From contig NC_087437.1 in assembly GCF_036321535.1 (NCBI RefSeq), positions 95,668,001 to 95,732,000 on the forward strand: 64,000 bases of DNA. Direction: 5' to 3'. Source of the stretch: Camelus dromedarius. Taxonomy: Eukaryota. A model generated the notes under the pieces. The model made no database searches, had not been told where the DNA came from, and saw nothing but the letters and a program-made list of their open reading frames with translations. Both the position numbers and the translations under genes were made by a program. This document shows, piece by piece, positions 13,711 to 27,114 of this stretch. How positions within the stretch are numbered: the first letter of the stretch is position 1; the number at the start of each line of letters is the position of its first letter.

Positions 13711-14246
13711 TGAAGGATACCAGAGTATGCTATTCCACATATGTCTTTTTGACATATGAATTATTTTGAGCTAAAGGCCATTAAGAATCAGAAGATGCAA
13801 GAAAATCTCTAAAAACAGGGCGCAGATTTTCCTTTTGTAAGGAAATTGACATTTATAAAGGGATTTTCCATTTGTAAAGATGTTTTCTGCCATACCAGGA
13901 AGAGGGGACACTTAACAGTTCATCTGTGAAGAAGGCAATGACTTAAATCTGCATAAAAAATCATGCTAAACAACCCATGTTTACAATACTTTTTCTGGTC
14001 AACTTCCCATAATTTGCCTCCCTTGCCCAGAAGACCAAAACTCCTCTTCCTTTATTCAGCCTAAAGTGGTATAAAAGTGTAATTTCTATACATTATTGAG
14101 TGCTCCCATACTTACAAGTGTGATGTACATATTAAATAAATTCTGTTTTTCTCTTCTTAATCTATCTTTGCCTTTCTAATTTACAAGAACTCAATCAGAG
14201 AACCTAAGAAGGGTAGAGTAAAAAGATTTCTTTTTCCTTTCCTACA
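13711..14246 (+). mobile_element. MER34-like ERV1 solo LTR
   Basis: tgaaggataccagagtatgc...ttattttgagctaaaggc start, TATA-like gtataaaa at about 14070, aataaa at about 14135, cctaca end. Confidence 0.85.
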
Positions 14247-14843
14247 GTGTCATAGAAAAATAGAAATCATAGACCCATACGTGCTACAGTGGAAGGAAAG
14301 ATTTTTTAATGTCAATTTTAACTCTTTCACTTATTTAATCTTGGCATTCTTCATTTAAAGTGGAGATGATCATCTATATAATAAGGTTGTTGAGAAGATT
14401 AACCAAGAAAACCTACATGATAAATTGTCTACCCCCCCCCCAAAAAAACAAACAAAAAACAACCTAATACTGAGATAGAATTTTGGGTCTTTGACCAGGT
14501 TCAACTTTTGAGGTTGGCAAGGAAGGATACTCAATAGTTTCATGAATCACAGATGTTGAAGGGCACCAGACTACAACACATCAAAATATGTCACTTTGGC
14601 ATAAGGATTATTTTGAGCTAAAGGTGGTGGAGAACCAGCAGATACAGGAATAGCTTTTTGTTTCTCCCTAACTGACTAAAAGTGTAAATTTTTTCTTTTG
14701 TAAAGGAAATTTACATTTGTAAAGCTCCCTCTTTCCCATGAGGAGAGTTATTCCTGAAACAGCTCTTAACACCTGAGAGACTCCTGTCTGCATGAGAAAA
14801 CAGCCCTTATTTACCACACATTTCTTCCTTCACCTTAAGGTAA

Positions 14844-15430
14844 AGTTATTGAAGTCAAGTTCAGCTGCACCAATACTCAAGAGACAAGTGTTGGTTAGAA
14901 AGCAAAGGTTGCTTTATTCAGGAAGCCAGCAACGTATAGAGAAGGTGAACACATGTGCAAGAACCACCTCTGAAGATTCTGCTCAACCATGAAATTTTTT
15001 AAAGAGAAAAGGAGGAAGTTAATCACAGTTAATCTTTTGGGGAGGGGGTCTGAGTCTTTGTTATCTTCCACTATGTGTAGACTTTCTTCTGATTTGTTGG
15101 TGGTAAGGTAGCAGGGCAGTGATCCAGGACTCTTGTGCTTGGCCTGAAGTTACCAGTCTCTACCTGGGTGGGGGGCCTTAGTAAGACATTGTTATGTATA
15201 TCACCTGAGGAGGAACCAGGACCCTGATTTATCACTGCCCTATTGTTTCTTGATTGCTCCTCCTTTGTTCTTGTATTCTCTCACTTTTCTGATTAGCAAC
15301 TCTTTGAATCTGCCATTTTGGAACTCAGGAAAGGTCAAAGAGGCTAAAGCCTCTTTCCTACAAATAAGAAATGGGGGACACAGAAAGGATTTGTGGCCAG
15401 GAAGGCACCACAGAGTCCTGCTTGGTTTCA
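14844..15430 (-). mobile_element. ERV1-type solo LTR nested in MER34-like LTR
   Basis: Interrupts the host at ...ttaaggtaa|...tttca|ataacttgcc (near-TSD gtaa/ataa). Reverse polyA signal ctttatt at about 14912. Confidence 0.75.
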
Positions 15431-15610
15431 ATAACTTGCCTCCCTCATCCAGAGGCCAAAACCCCCTTTTTCTTTGTTTAGCCTAAGATGGTATATAAAC
15501 TTCAATCACCTGATCATCTCCTTTAATCTCATTTCTTTGTGAAAGCCTCCTGTGTGTGTACATAATTAAAACATGTTTTTTCCTTTCTTGTTCATCTTAT
15601 CTTTTGTCAG

Positions 15611-16051
15611 TGATGAAATAAATTCATATTTTATGGCAAGACAAATTTAAAGTTTTCCTTTGCCAGTTTGAGCCTCCTCTCAACCTTTAGGGTGTATTGT
15701 GCATCTGCGTTAATGAGACCTCCTTAGGAGGTAACATTCCTTCTTAATCTCATCAAGGGTCACAACTCCTTAGGAGATTACCATTCTTCTTAATCTTATA
15801 AGGGGCCACAGTGACCCATGATCCACTACTCTTTGTATGTCTATATCTGGATTGTATAAACTGTCAGTGATACATCATTTAATGTACAGCCCTCTGTCTT
15901 AAAAACTTATATAATTATGCTTTGACCTCTAACAGATGGAAGCGTTCTTGGAGCTTTCTGAGAGGCTATTCCTAGGTTATAATTCTCAGTTTGGCTTGAA
16001 TACAATTTTCCATTTCTCTCTTCAATTAACTGATTAATTTTTTTGTCAACA
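15611..16051 (+). mobile_element. ERV-type solo LTR nested in MER34-like LTR
   Basis: TG...CA termini with a perfect 4-bp TSD TCAG (15607-15610 and 16052-16055). TATA-like cttatataa at about 15906; internal duplicated motif ccttaggag.t.ac.attc.t.cttaatct. Confidence 0.85.
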
Positions 16052-16349
16052 TCAGTATGATTCATAGGACAGCCAGATAACTAGAGGGATAGAAGAAAAA
16101 GATTTCCTCCCCTGCAACATGAAGGAAGAGACTATTTGCTCTACAATGAGAAGATAATGACCTTAGGAAACCTAGGTTCTCAAACTAGCTAGAAACATTT
16201 ATATGGTCACAAAATCATCTCAGAATAGAACAATACTATTATAAAGTGAGTCAAAGAAAGATGCCAAAGAAAATATATTTATAGCTATAAAAATGATGTC
16301 CAGAATGTACTTCCAAATAGACACATATTTAGACAAGACACTTTGTTAC

Positions 16350-16780
16350 AGGTGATAGGAACTCAATCAAAAATTGCATAAATCAAAAGGGGAATAATGG
16401 ACTTTTACACTTTCAAGTCCAGGGTTGACCCTGACTTCAAGCACAGCAGAACTCAAAGGCTGAAAAATATACCCAAACCACCCACCTCTCAAAAGCCAGT
16501 GTGTTAACCTTATCTCTTTACTTGTTGGTGGGTTACCTCTTGTGATTGGGGACTTAGGGATGGTAACAGCTTCAAGATTGCAACCCAGAAGGAAGGCATT
16601 TCTCTCTTTAAATCTCCAAAGTGAAAGCCCAAGAAATAACTGATAATCCTTCATGAATCTCTTTTGGACCATTGTTATATCCAGAGGAATGTGGTGCTGC
16701 TACAAATGAGGGGAAGGATTAGAAGTTAGGAGAAAGGAAGTCATGGAGAATCTTGGAGAATTGACAACAGCTTCCACAGC
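16350..16780 (-). mobile_element. MaLR LTR (MLT1K/L-like)
   Basis: ggtgataggaactcaa...aaaagggga...ttcaagtccagggttgacc and ccattgttatatccagaggaatgtggtgc resemble old MLT1 LTRs. Confidence 0.55.
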
Positions 16781-18399
16781 CTATATAAGTAACTTCCATT
16801 TTAGTAATTAAAGTTCTCATTTGTCAAAAGGGTCTAAACCTAGTTGGTTATAAAGTTTTTTTCCAGATCTGAAATTTTCTTCTTTCGATTACAAGCTTTG
16901 TCTTCATAGCAGTAGATACAGTTGTAATGTGAAGAAATAAATCAGATATTTAATATTCTTCAACCTTCTGAAAACTCATTTTTGTTTATAGAACACTTCT
17001 TAATCTTAATCTCAAAATGGCTTTTAAAGGCGTATTTTGTTCTCTGCTTTTACTGTGTCTGTTGCTTCCCAGGAAATTCTCATATTTTTTTTTGTTCCCT
17101 CTTTGCCTGTCTTCTTATTCATTTCCATCTTTGAAAGCTTCGTCTCTATCTACAAGGTCACTCAGTGATTTCAGAAGTCTGCTAGTAAAGGGTTTAATCT
17201 TTCAAATGTAAATGGAGCTCAAGACTAGCTTTGTAATTAGTTTATTTTGCTTCTGTTCTTTCTAACCACATCCTGACTCCATATGTTCCACACAGTTTTA
17301 GGTGTTAGTGATGTCATAAACTACAAACTGAAATTTTGGCAGCAATACAAAGAAAAAGCTAATTCTTTAATATACCTTGAATGTATTTGCAATTGCTAAA
17401 CTAATATTTGGTAGGTGACTTGAGATCTAAAACTACAAAATATATTTATTTAGGAATGGACTCATTTAACCTATAATTTACCTTTTGTTTAAAAAAAGGT
17501 AATGTGCACGTGAATTCAGATATTTCATGGTGGCATTCAAAGTCAGTAGAATATTTGCACTGAGATCTACCATATTATGCAACTTGAAACTTAGTTCTGT
17601 TTTTAGGAGGGAAAAAAAATACTTGGATTATCAGGTATATTACTTGTTTATGGCAGTAGAAGATGGTATAATTGGAAATTTACTTTGAACAATATAAAAT
17701 GTTGGGTAGGGATTTATGTGAGGGTTCTTACATTGGAAATATGAGCAGAAATACATGTGGAGAGGATTGTAGCAGAAACCAAGCTCCTGTTTGCATAAAG
17801 ACAATTACAGAGTCACAGCCTGGGTGGTCCAGACCCTCATGCTAGCAATACTTCTCATCCCAGGATAAATCAATCCCATCATGAAAACTGGTCAAATAGG
17901 AAGAACAATGACAAAGAATAATACTTGCAGCAATTAAAATGCTCCCTACACTGCACTTCTAAAAGACAGTTCCCAGGATTCCATGACCTAGATTTTTTAG
18001 TTACTGATAATAAATACAGCATCACTGGAAGTCCTACTGTGTGCCAGACTTTCACCACTACATACCTTAATTAATTTTCCTCTTTTATCCAGTCTATAAT
18101 GTAGGTATATGCTGATAGATGAAGGAGCTACCCACACATATCCACATAGAACTTAGAGGTATTAAATTATAAACTAGGACTCTGAGATTTCAAAGCTGAG
18201 ATATTAAATATTAAGCAACAGCTTCCATGTTTTAATGCTGTGTATAAAGCCTCAATTAACAACAAGTTTAGTAACAGGCACAAATATTTCACATTCACAA
18301 TACTTGAATTATTCACTTAAATCCTATTTCAAAGTACTTTTTATAGAAAATAATTTGAAATACAACAACTATTTCTCCATTCAAACAAGTTACAACTAG

Positions 18400-19000
18400 T
18401 CCAGTATCTTTTTAGGCAAATAGTAGAAGCTCTCAAGAGAAAGATGGCTGAAATGCCAAAGAGGGTCGAAAGACAGCTCAACAAAAGATCAGACAGCAAC
18501 TCAGAACTGGCTGTGGTTTACTGTTCAGCACTATTAGAATGTGGATTATCTCTCTCGAACAGTTAATGGGATGGAAATTGCATATAACATTTCTTTGCAT
18601 CAGTAAAAAGAAGCTCAACAATGAGGTTTTGTATGAAAAATAGACAGTGAGAATGTGATAAAAGAAATACTTTGACAGATCAGTTAAACATCATGCACTA
18701 CTGAAGGAGAAAGATTTAATGTATAAGAAGAGATTTCAGTCCTTGTACTAATGGACCAGAGTTGTGAATTAAGAAGCATCTAATTCATCTGATCTGTGAT
18801 GGTGACATTTATGAAGGAATGAATATTGGACTCCTGTCTTCCAATTTTGGATGAAAATTATTTGTGTCTGAATAGACTCATGTCAGTAAAGAAGTGAAGC
18901 AAGACTTTTACTATCCAAATACAGAGAAACAGCAATACAAAAGATGTGGCCAAGGAGTAGCCTCCTGACAATAGATCTGTCCAATACTGAGCAGCAACCT
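18400..19000 (+). mobile_element. Probable ancient RTE-clade (L4/RTE-X-like) reverse transcriptase relic
   Basis: Hand translation across frameshifts gives RVERQLNK..., FSTI...SLEQLM..., AYNISL, FDRSVKHHALLK, KHLIHLI. This follows the order of non-LTR RT motifs (FSTxDHIxTLxQL, EYNxPL, KAFDSVxHxAL). Confidence 0.5.
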
Positions 19001-19879
19001 TCACATCAGGGCATCCGAAAGGTCAGAAAGGGCCACTCCAACTCCAAACATCTTGATTCATAAATGAGTGAATATAATAGTCCAATAAAAAATCCCCAAA
19101 ACTCTTCTATTGCAATATGTAACTGGATGATTATTAGCCTTGTTTTTCTTTCTTTAAAGAATGGACCAGATAATGATATGTTACAATTTGTGGGAATGTT
19201 GTAATTTACATTTATATTCGAGGGTTGCTTTCCAACATGCCTCTCTCTTAAAGGCTCCCTTACCCTTTCACCAACAAAATAAACAAAAGAAAAAAGTACT
19301 TGCTTTAGAATTGGAGCAATCAATGCTCTACTAGTTTTCTTTTCATTTGTATGAAAAGCACTGGTTAGAGAGAATGAGGTTGCAGATTATACATAATATT
19401 CAAAGCACCAATCTGCATTTTACATATAGATATATAATTTTTTTTCTTTTAAGCCTTTTGCTTATTCACTATCAGACAGAAGAAACTTGCAGTGAAATTT
19501 ACTAACAATAATTACACTCTTAGAGAATCGGTCAAATTAGGGCTAGATCTTATATTTCCATTTGATTGAACACTGAGTATTCTTTTTTATTTTTGACCAC
19601 AGTAATGTTAGAAATATTTTGTTTTTATGAGTGGAAATGAGAAGATGAACCAAAATGAAACACAGAAAAAAATAAAGCAGAAATAATTCTTGATACTTTT
19701 GCAAACCCTTTGAAATATATTTTTTTAAGTCTTCACTTTAATTTACAAAGGGAAAGTCATCATAGAGAAATGACCCTCTTATATGATAAATCACTATCTA
19801 AAGTACTTCATCATTTCATTGTCAATGTAATTACATTAAATATTTCAACAGCGGCTACCTACTGGAAGAAAAGAAATCC

Positions 19880-22850
19880 AGTTATGAAGGCCAATATTCC
19901 TCCATTAGGAGGTTGTGGAGAAAATGAGGGATGAGTAAATGAGACTGCGAAGTGGCTAATAAGAAAGTAGGAAAATCAGAAACACGTAAGTCAAATGAAG
20001 AAAATGTTTGGAAGATGAAAAGATCAGTCAACTCCACATAACGCTGCTAACAAATAGGATAGCTACAAGATTAACATCCAAATCAGGATGCTTTAAGTAT
20101 AAAATTACAGGCTTACCTCAAAGATATTGCAGATTTGGTTCCAGACTACTGCAATAAAGGGAATATCACATAAAGCTAGTCACACAAATTTTTTTTGGTT
20201 TCCTGGTGCATATAAAACTTGTGTTTACAAAATACTGTAATCCATTAAGTGTAGTCTGTTAGTAAGGTCTCAAGTCTAACATAGACAATAGAATTATGTC
20301 TAAAAAAAACATACATACTTTAATTAAAAATACCACATTTTTAAAAAATGCTAACCATTATTTCTTCAGTAAGTCATAATCTTTTTGCTGGTGGAAGACG
20401 GCCTTGATGTTTATGGCTGCTGACTGATCAAGGTGGTGGTTGCTGAAGGTTGAGGTGGGTGTGGTAATTTAGACAACAGTGAAGTTTGCCTCATCAATTG
20501 ACTCTTCCTTTCATGAATGATTTCTCTGTAGCACACAATGCTGGTTGATAGCATTTTATCCATAGAGAACTTGTTTCAAAATTGGAGTTGGTCCTATCAA
20601 ACCCTGTCACTGCTTTATCAACTAAGTTTATGTATGTTAAAAGTCCTTTGTTATCATTCAACAGTTTTCACAGGATCTTCACCGGAAGTAGATTCCATCT
20701 CAAGAAACCACTTTCTTTGCTCATGCATAAGAAGCAACTTCTTATCCATTAGTTTTACCATGAAATTGCAGCAATTCAGTCACATCTTCAGGCTCCACTT
20801 CTAATTTTAGTTTTCTTGCTATTTCCACCACATTGCAGTTACTTCCTCCATTGAAGTCTTGAACATCTGAGAGTTGTAATCAACTTCTACCAAATTCCTC
20901 TTAATGTTGATATTTTGACCTCTTCCCATGAACCACTGATGTTCTTAATAGCATCTACAATGGTGAATCTTTTCCAGAAAGTTTTTCAACTTACTTTGCT
21001 TAGATCCATCAGAGGAATTACTGTCTACAGTGGCTATAGCCTTATGAAATATTTTTCTTAAATAACAATACTTGAAAGCCAAAATTACTTCTAGATCCAT
21101 ATGCTGCAGTATGGATGTTGTGTTAGCAGGCATAAAACAACATTAATTTCCTTAGACATCTTCATCAGAGCTCTTGGGTGACCAGCTGCATTGCCGATGA
21201 GAAATCTTACCTTGAAAATAATCCTTTTTTCCTAGGCAATAGACATCGACAGTGGGCTTGAAAGATTCAATAAACCACATTGTAAAGAGATGTAGTGTCA
21301 TTTATGCTTTGTTGTTTCATCTATAGAACACAGGCAGAGTAGATTTAGCATAATTCTTAAGGGCCCTAGGATTTTCAGAATGGTAATTTTGCAGTGGCTT
21401 CAACTTAAAGTCATCAGCTGCATTAGCCCTTAAGAAGAGAATCAGCCTGTCCTTGGAAGCTTGGAAGCAGGCATCGACTTCTCCTCTCTAGCTATGAAAG
21501 TCCTAGATGGCATCTCCTTCAATGTAAGACTGCTTCAGCTACATTGAAAATCTGTTGTTTGTGTGGCCACGTTCATTAATTATCTCAGCTAGATCTTCTG
21601 GATAACTTGCTGTAGCTTCTACATCAGCATTTGCTGCTTCACCTTACATTTCTATGTTATGGAGACAGCTTCTTTTCTTAAAACTCATGAACCAAATTGC
21701 TAGCTTAAAACTTTTCTTCTGCAGCTTCCTCACCTAGCTCAGCCTTCATAGAATTAAAGAGAGTTAGGGCCTTGCTCTGGATTAGGCTTTGGCTAAAGGG
21801 AATGTTGTGGCTGGTTTGATTTTCTGTCCAGATCACTAAAACTTTCTCCATATCAGCACTAAAACTGTTACACCATTTGTGTGTTCACAGGAGTAGCACT
21901 TTTAATTTCCTTTAAAAACTTAACTTTTCATTCACAACTTGGCTAATTGTTGGGCACAAGAGGTCCAGCTTGCAGCCTATCTCGGCTTTCAACATGCCTT
22001 CCTCACTAAACTTATTTCTAACTTTTGATTTAAAGTGAGAGATATGCTCCTTTCACTTGAACACTTAGAAGTTGTAAGGTTATTTGTTTGCCTAATTTGA
22101 TTAATACTATGTCTCAGTGAATAGGGAGGCCTGAGGAGAGGGAGAGAGATGGAGGAATAGCTGATAAATAGAGCAGTCAGAGCACATACAATATTTATTA
22201 ATTAAGTTTGATGTCTTATATGAGCACCCCAAAATAATTACAATAGCAACATCAAAAATTGCTGATTACAGATCACCATAACAAATACAATAATGAAGAA
22301 GTTTGAAATATTACAAGAATTACCAAAATGTGGCACAGAGACACAAAGCAAATGCTGTTGGAAAAATGACTTCTTTAGACCTGCTTAACACAGGATTGCT
22401 ACAAACCTTCAATTTGTAAAAAACACAGTATCTGTAAAGTGCAATAAAGTGAAGAACAATAAAACAAGGTATACCTGTAGACGATTGATTGCATTAGGAA
22501 AAAAGTGTAAACCAGGACTCTCCAGTGCACATCAGATTATTCTACTGGTAGCATAAGTAAGGACTGAGAAATCACTCCTGAATTTAACAGTATGAAGTAC
22601 ACTTGTGAGATTAATGAAAACAGTGTTGATGGGGTGACAGGGTTGAACACATGACTAAAGTGGGTTTAGGAGAGGGGAGAACTTGGAGACAAGAAACTTA
22701 GGCAACTCTTTAGGGGAGTCATTCCAAAATGATGACTTAAGAAATCAGACTGCAGTTGCTGGCGATGTAGGGCCAAAGCAAATGTTTGTTGTTTAAAATG
22801 GGCAAATTAATAGTATGTCTTCATGGTGGTGGATGATCCAGTAGAGAAAG
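19880..22850 (-). mobile_element. L2 fragment split by Tigger1
   Basis: L2-like purine-rich sequence on both sides of the Tigger1 (gtcaaatgaagaaaatgtttggaag...; aaggactgagaaatcactcctgaatttaacagtatgaag...). Confidence 0.5.
20108..22477 (-). mobile_element. Near full-length Tigger1 DNA transposon (TcMar-Tigger), transposase inactivated
   Basis: Terminal inverted repeats caggcttacct / aggtatacctg flanked by TA on both sides (20106-20107, 22478-22479); length 2370 bp. ORF 20945-21133 ([26 protein letters not shown]...[14 protein letters not shown]) matches Tigger/pogo DDE transposase. Confidence 0.95.
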
Positions 22851-23502
22851 AAAACTTTGAAAAAGTGAGTCTGGACTGATGACCAGATGACTAGAGATGA
22901 AGAAGAAAGGCTTAAGGTCTAAATGAGGCTGGGATGTTTTTGGCCTGCAGTGTGACTGATGCCGGAAACTCCTCCAGACACAGCTGCCAAGTGCTTATCC
23001 TTACCTGTGGAGAACCGTGGTTGTCTGTAGGCATATACATTGATAAACAAACATGAATATCCAACAGCCTTGACCCCAAGGGAGTAAGAGAGTCTTCCTT
23101 TCAAAGACCAAAGGCTGTGCAGGAACCTGGACAAGTGAGGCTTCACTGTGGTGAGAACTGGGACATCCAGGCAAGTGTCACCATCTATAGGACAGTGGAG
23201 AAGCAACTCAGTGGTCAATGCTTAGGAAGCAGGGAGACCTGCCTGCTTGGGGGTAAAAGTCAAAACATCCTGTGTCTTTTGGATTACTTAACTTCTAGAG
23301 CTTTTAGACAATTGGGGGATACGGGAGACTTAGAAAAAAATATTTTTTTAGCTCAGAAGTATTTTAGTATGTGACACTCAGGATGCTCAGGTTTTGTTGC
23401 TGTTGTTATTTTTAAGTTTAATTTAGTCATATATCTCATTTGCACAAAGTTTGTATTCATGCAGGTGAGATAATATGGATAGCCAATAACCAACACACCA
23501 AA

Positions 23503-23571
23503 GAGGGAGAGAGACAGAAAGACAGAGACACAGAGACAGAGACAAAGAGAGGCAGAGACAGAGAAAGAGAC
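23503..23571. repeat. (GAGACA)n-like simple repeat
   Basis: gagagacagaaagacagagacacagagacagagac... read directly. Confidence 0.85.
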
Positions 23572-25423
23572 TACAAATAATCTTCCTTCAGAATTGTAAA
23601 GAAAAACTTTTTGCACCATTTTTAAGCTTGATCTAGACTAGTACCATTTGAATTGTGCATTTGAAGGAAACAGTTAAAAATTGTCAACTTTCCTTTCTAT
23701 TTCTGATATATAACCCCTGAGTTGTTCTTAAATTATAATAAATATGAGTATGGTGAGGAAAGCATGAGAGCTAGTTGGCTGGAACTTTATCCTAAATTAA
23801 CTTGCAGTGTTCTTGGTATTGTTACTAATTTTAAAAGATAAGTAAGTCTGGCCTCTCTAGACCACGAGCTTTGTGAGGGCCGTGGCTTCTTTCACTATAG
23901 CTCCTAGCACAGATCTCAATAAATATCTATTAAATGACAAACTAAAAAAAATGACCTTGGTTATTTCAATTGGTAGTTTGAAGCTACAATAATTGTTTTG
24001 GCATGGACTTAAATAAAACTAATGCAGTTGGTACCCAGACAAAGACCAAACAATGACACATAATATTATTCTTTGTGTTGTTTTACAATTAAATATGTTC
24101 TTAGTAGTCAGTTCAGTTTCTGTGATAGACTTTTGAAGTTAGATCGATGTCTTCTATGCACACTGAAGTGACAAATACTGTAAATATTTAAATTTGAAAT
24201 AAAGCCTTCCCTTCATAAAGTATACATTCATCTTTGGCTCCTCTGAATTTAGAATTAAAATAAAATTGATACTAACATCAACCAAAACCATAGTGTCAGT
24301 TTTTCTTGAATGCAAATACAGTAAACACATTCAGCTTTTACCTAAGAACGGAGAGTTGACATTTCTACATTATAAATAGGGCATCCAATGGAACAGAGCA
24401 ATTCCCGGAGGCTTGAAAGGTTCAGACCTTTGATCTCTGTATGTCTCTCCTCAGGACTCATGGAATCTGCCCTCTTCTCCCAGAATCATCTGACTGGGAG
24501 CCAAATGAACATCAGATTTGTTTAAGGGTCTAACTAGACCCCAGGGTTTATTGCCGATTTCATTTTGCATTTTAGCATTGATCCAGCTTCTCTGCTGTAA
24601 CTCTCCCTTGCTTATTTATCTGTATCAGCTGAATGTTGAATGATTGATTTTGGATGCTGCACTTTAGCATTGTTATTATTTGTCTCTCTAGGTAATCCTA
24701 GCAACATATTCTCCTGTGCTCACTCCACAGATCCATTTGCCTAACCATGAAGTATGTTGGGTTTCGTATGTATTTTTGTATATCTTTCTTCAGAACAAGG
24801 GCATTGGAAGATGGGATTGTATCCTTGGCAGATTCTTTCATTACCATTGTTATTTCTCTCCTCTTGGTTTCTTACTCATTTCCTCACTTACTTGTTAGTT
24901 CCTCCTATGTACAAACCACTACAGTCGATGAAGGATTCCAGGGAGGTTGGTAGCATTCCAATACTCAAGGAGTTTATGCTACTTTGAGAAAGATTAGAAT
25001 AGCACATAAAACTCACAGTTTAAGAGCACTGAGAGGAAGAGAAAGGGGCAGAGGGTAATAAGAACAAATTCATGATGGTGGACAACAGGGCAAAAATTTT
25101 TGCAAGGTGTCCATGGATTTTGTAAATAAGCACCCTCCGTGTTTTAGGTGGAGGGCAATGGGAGAGTGTGTCTGCCTTTGAGTTTCCATACCAGGAGAGG
25201 GGATCTCAATGCTGCTGAGCTCTCTCTCCTTATGGTTCACTTATTTAACATATAAAAACACTTACGGCTAGTTAAGAAAAATTAAATAGTATATAAGGGC
25301 TTAAAATGAAAGGAAAGAGTTCCCTGTCTCACCTATCACATCCAGTTTTGCACTCTTGATATAACTTCTTTTAAATATTGATTTAAATTATTTATTTACT
25401 ATAAATGAATTCACCTTACACAT

Positions 25424-25799
25424 TGTTATAGACTGAATCGTGTCCCTCCAAAATGTATGTATTGAATCCCTAACGCCCAATGTGACTGTATCTGAAGATA
25501 GGGCCTTTAAAGGAGTGATCAATGTGATCAATGTTAAATGAGGTTGGAGGATCCAGTATGACTGATGTCCTTGTAAGAAGAGGAAGGGACACCAGGGATG
25601 AGTTTGCACAGGGAAGAGCCCAGTAAGGACACAGTGAGAAGGCGACCATCTGAAAGCTAAGAGGAAGCCTCAGAAATCAGCCCTACTGTCACTTTGATCT
25701 TGACTTCTGGCCTCCAGGACTGGAAGACAACTGATGCTAATTATTTGAGCCACCCAATCTGTGCTATTTAGTTATGGTAGCACATATGATAAACTAACA
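25424..25799 (+). mobile_element. MaLR solo LTR (MLT1B-like)
   Basis: tgttatagactgaatcgtgtccctccaaaat...gatagggcctttaa...aactaaca with a perfect 5-bp TSD CACAT. Confidence 0.9.
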
Positions 25800-26395
25800 C
25801 ACATATAAACTATTCAATCCCTACAAGAGTATATATAGAAAAAAGTGAAAGTCTTCCCAACCCTTGTCTCCTGGTTTTCTTCCAAAGGAAACTATCATAC
25901 CAGATAATTATGTATTTTTTAGAGGTAACCACTTCTGCATGGTACTATATTTGGGTTTTCAGTCATCAAATCCATGTCTCGAAATAGTATGCTTGTTCTA
26001 CTGTTTCTGGTTGATTTTTTACTATGATTAATGAGGCTTAATTTATTTATACTGCCCTCCTTTCTCTCTTAGCAAATACTTATACCACTTATTTCAAATT
26101 CTTTTACTAATCTGCTCTGCACCTTGATACAGTGTGCTTCAGTTCTTTATATATCATCATGGAATTGAAGGCATCAGTAGTTCCAGTCTTCACCATACCT
26201 TCCTTACCCTATTTTACCTCCAAATTCTCACAGCTATGCCTGCTGTAGTATCATAGTTCAATCTCCTATAATTTTTTATAAGTTTATTCTAAAAGTTGAA
26301 CACCAATAATCAATGTTTAGTTTATTATATGACTAAATAATGTTTGCTGTAGAGCCACATAGTGTGCTAGGCTTACATTTCCTTCCCAAGGGGTC

Positions 26396-26780
26396 TGTAT
26401 CAATCCAGTTTGAATCAGAGAAGCTGATCTACTATGAGTATTTTTGAATAAGGGATTCACTATAGCAATTAGAATGTATGAAATTGTGGGAGGAGCTAGG
26501 GAAGTAAGGTCTGGGAAGGGGGCTAGGATAAATATAGAAAAGTTTCTAACCATCCACTGGCAAAGGTGGGCAGGTTGGACCTTGCAGAGGAATTTAGGAA
26601 GCTGAGAATGTGCAGCTTCCAAGTCAGGGTCATGGAGGTGACTAGTGAGAATTCTATGGAAGGCACTGCTTCTGCATCTTGCAGTGAGACTAGGGTGGCT
26701 TTGAGTGGATTAGGAAGATTTATTTCAGGAAGAACAGTTGAGTTGAAACAGGGGAGAGCAAGGACAGAGTGTAAGGCATT
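26396..26780 (-). mobile_element. ERVL-type LTR fragment (MLT2-like)
   Basis: tgtatcaatccagtttgaatcagagaagc...gggattcactatag resembles reverse-complement ERVL LTR ends. Confidence 0.45.
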
Positions 26781-27114
26781 TCCTTCAAGACTTTCCTCAT
26801 TGTTTTCCTATATATCCTCTCTCTCTTTTGACTACCTTGATTTGCTTATCCTTATTTAACTTTGTAAGCTAAGTGGTAAATATTTTTAGACCTAATATAG
26901 CCTGAAAATGTCTTTACTCAGCCTTATTCTTTACCGATGGCTTGGTTGTATGTAGTGTTTATGTTGAAAAACATTTTCCTGTAACTTTGAAAATATTGTT
27001 TCTTGTTGTTTGAAGATATTGCATCCTGGAAGTCCAGGATACTAGTCTGATATTTGTCTGTGAGTGAAGTATAGCTGTTTATTCCAAAATCATGTTGCAT
27101 ACTCTAAAGTCCAG

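Larger units (their letters stand above)
14557..16116 (+). mobile_element. MER34-like ERV1 solo LTR hosting two nested LTRs
   Basis: Segments 14557-14843, 15431-15610 and 16052-16116 join into one LTR collinear with 13711-14246. Confidence 0.85.

Noticed and set aside
13711..16116. Adjacent LTRs 13711 and 14557 as a deleted provirus or tandem duplication
   Set aside because: Their middles differ substantially, and the spacer is MIR-like/unique rather than retroviral internal sequence.
20945..21133. Domesticated TIGD-like gene
   Set aside because: Only a 62-aa open stretch within a frameshifted, TIR-flanked Tigger1.
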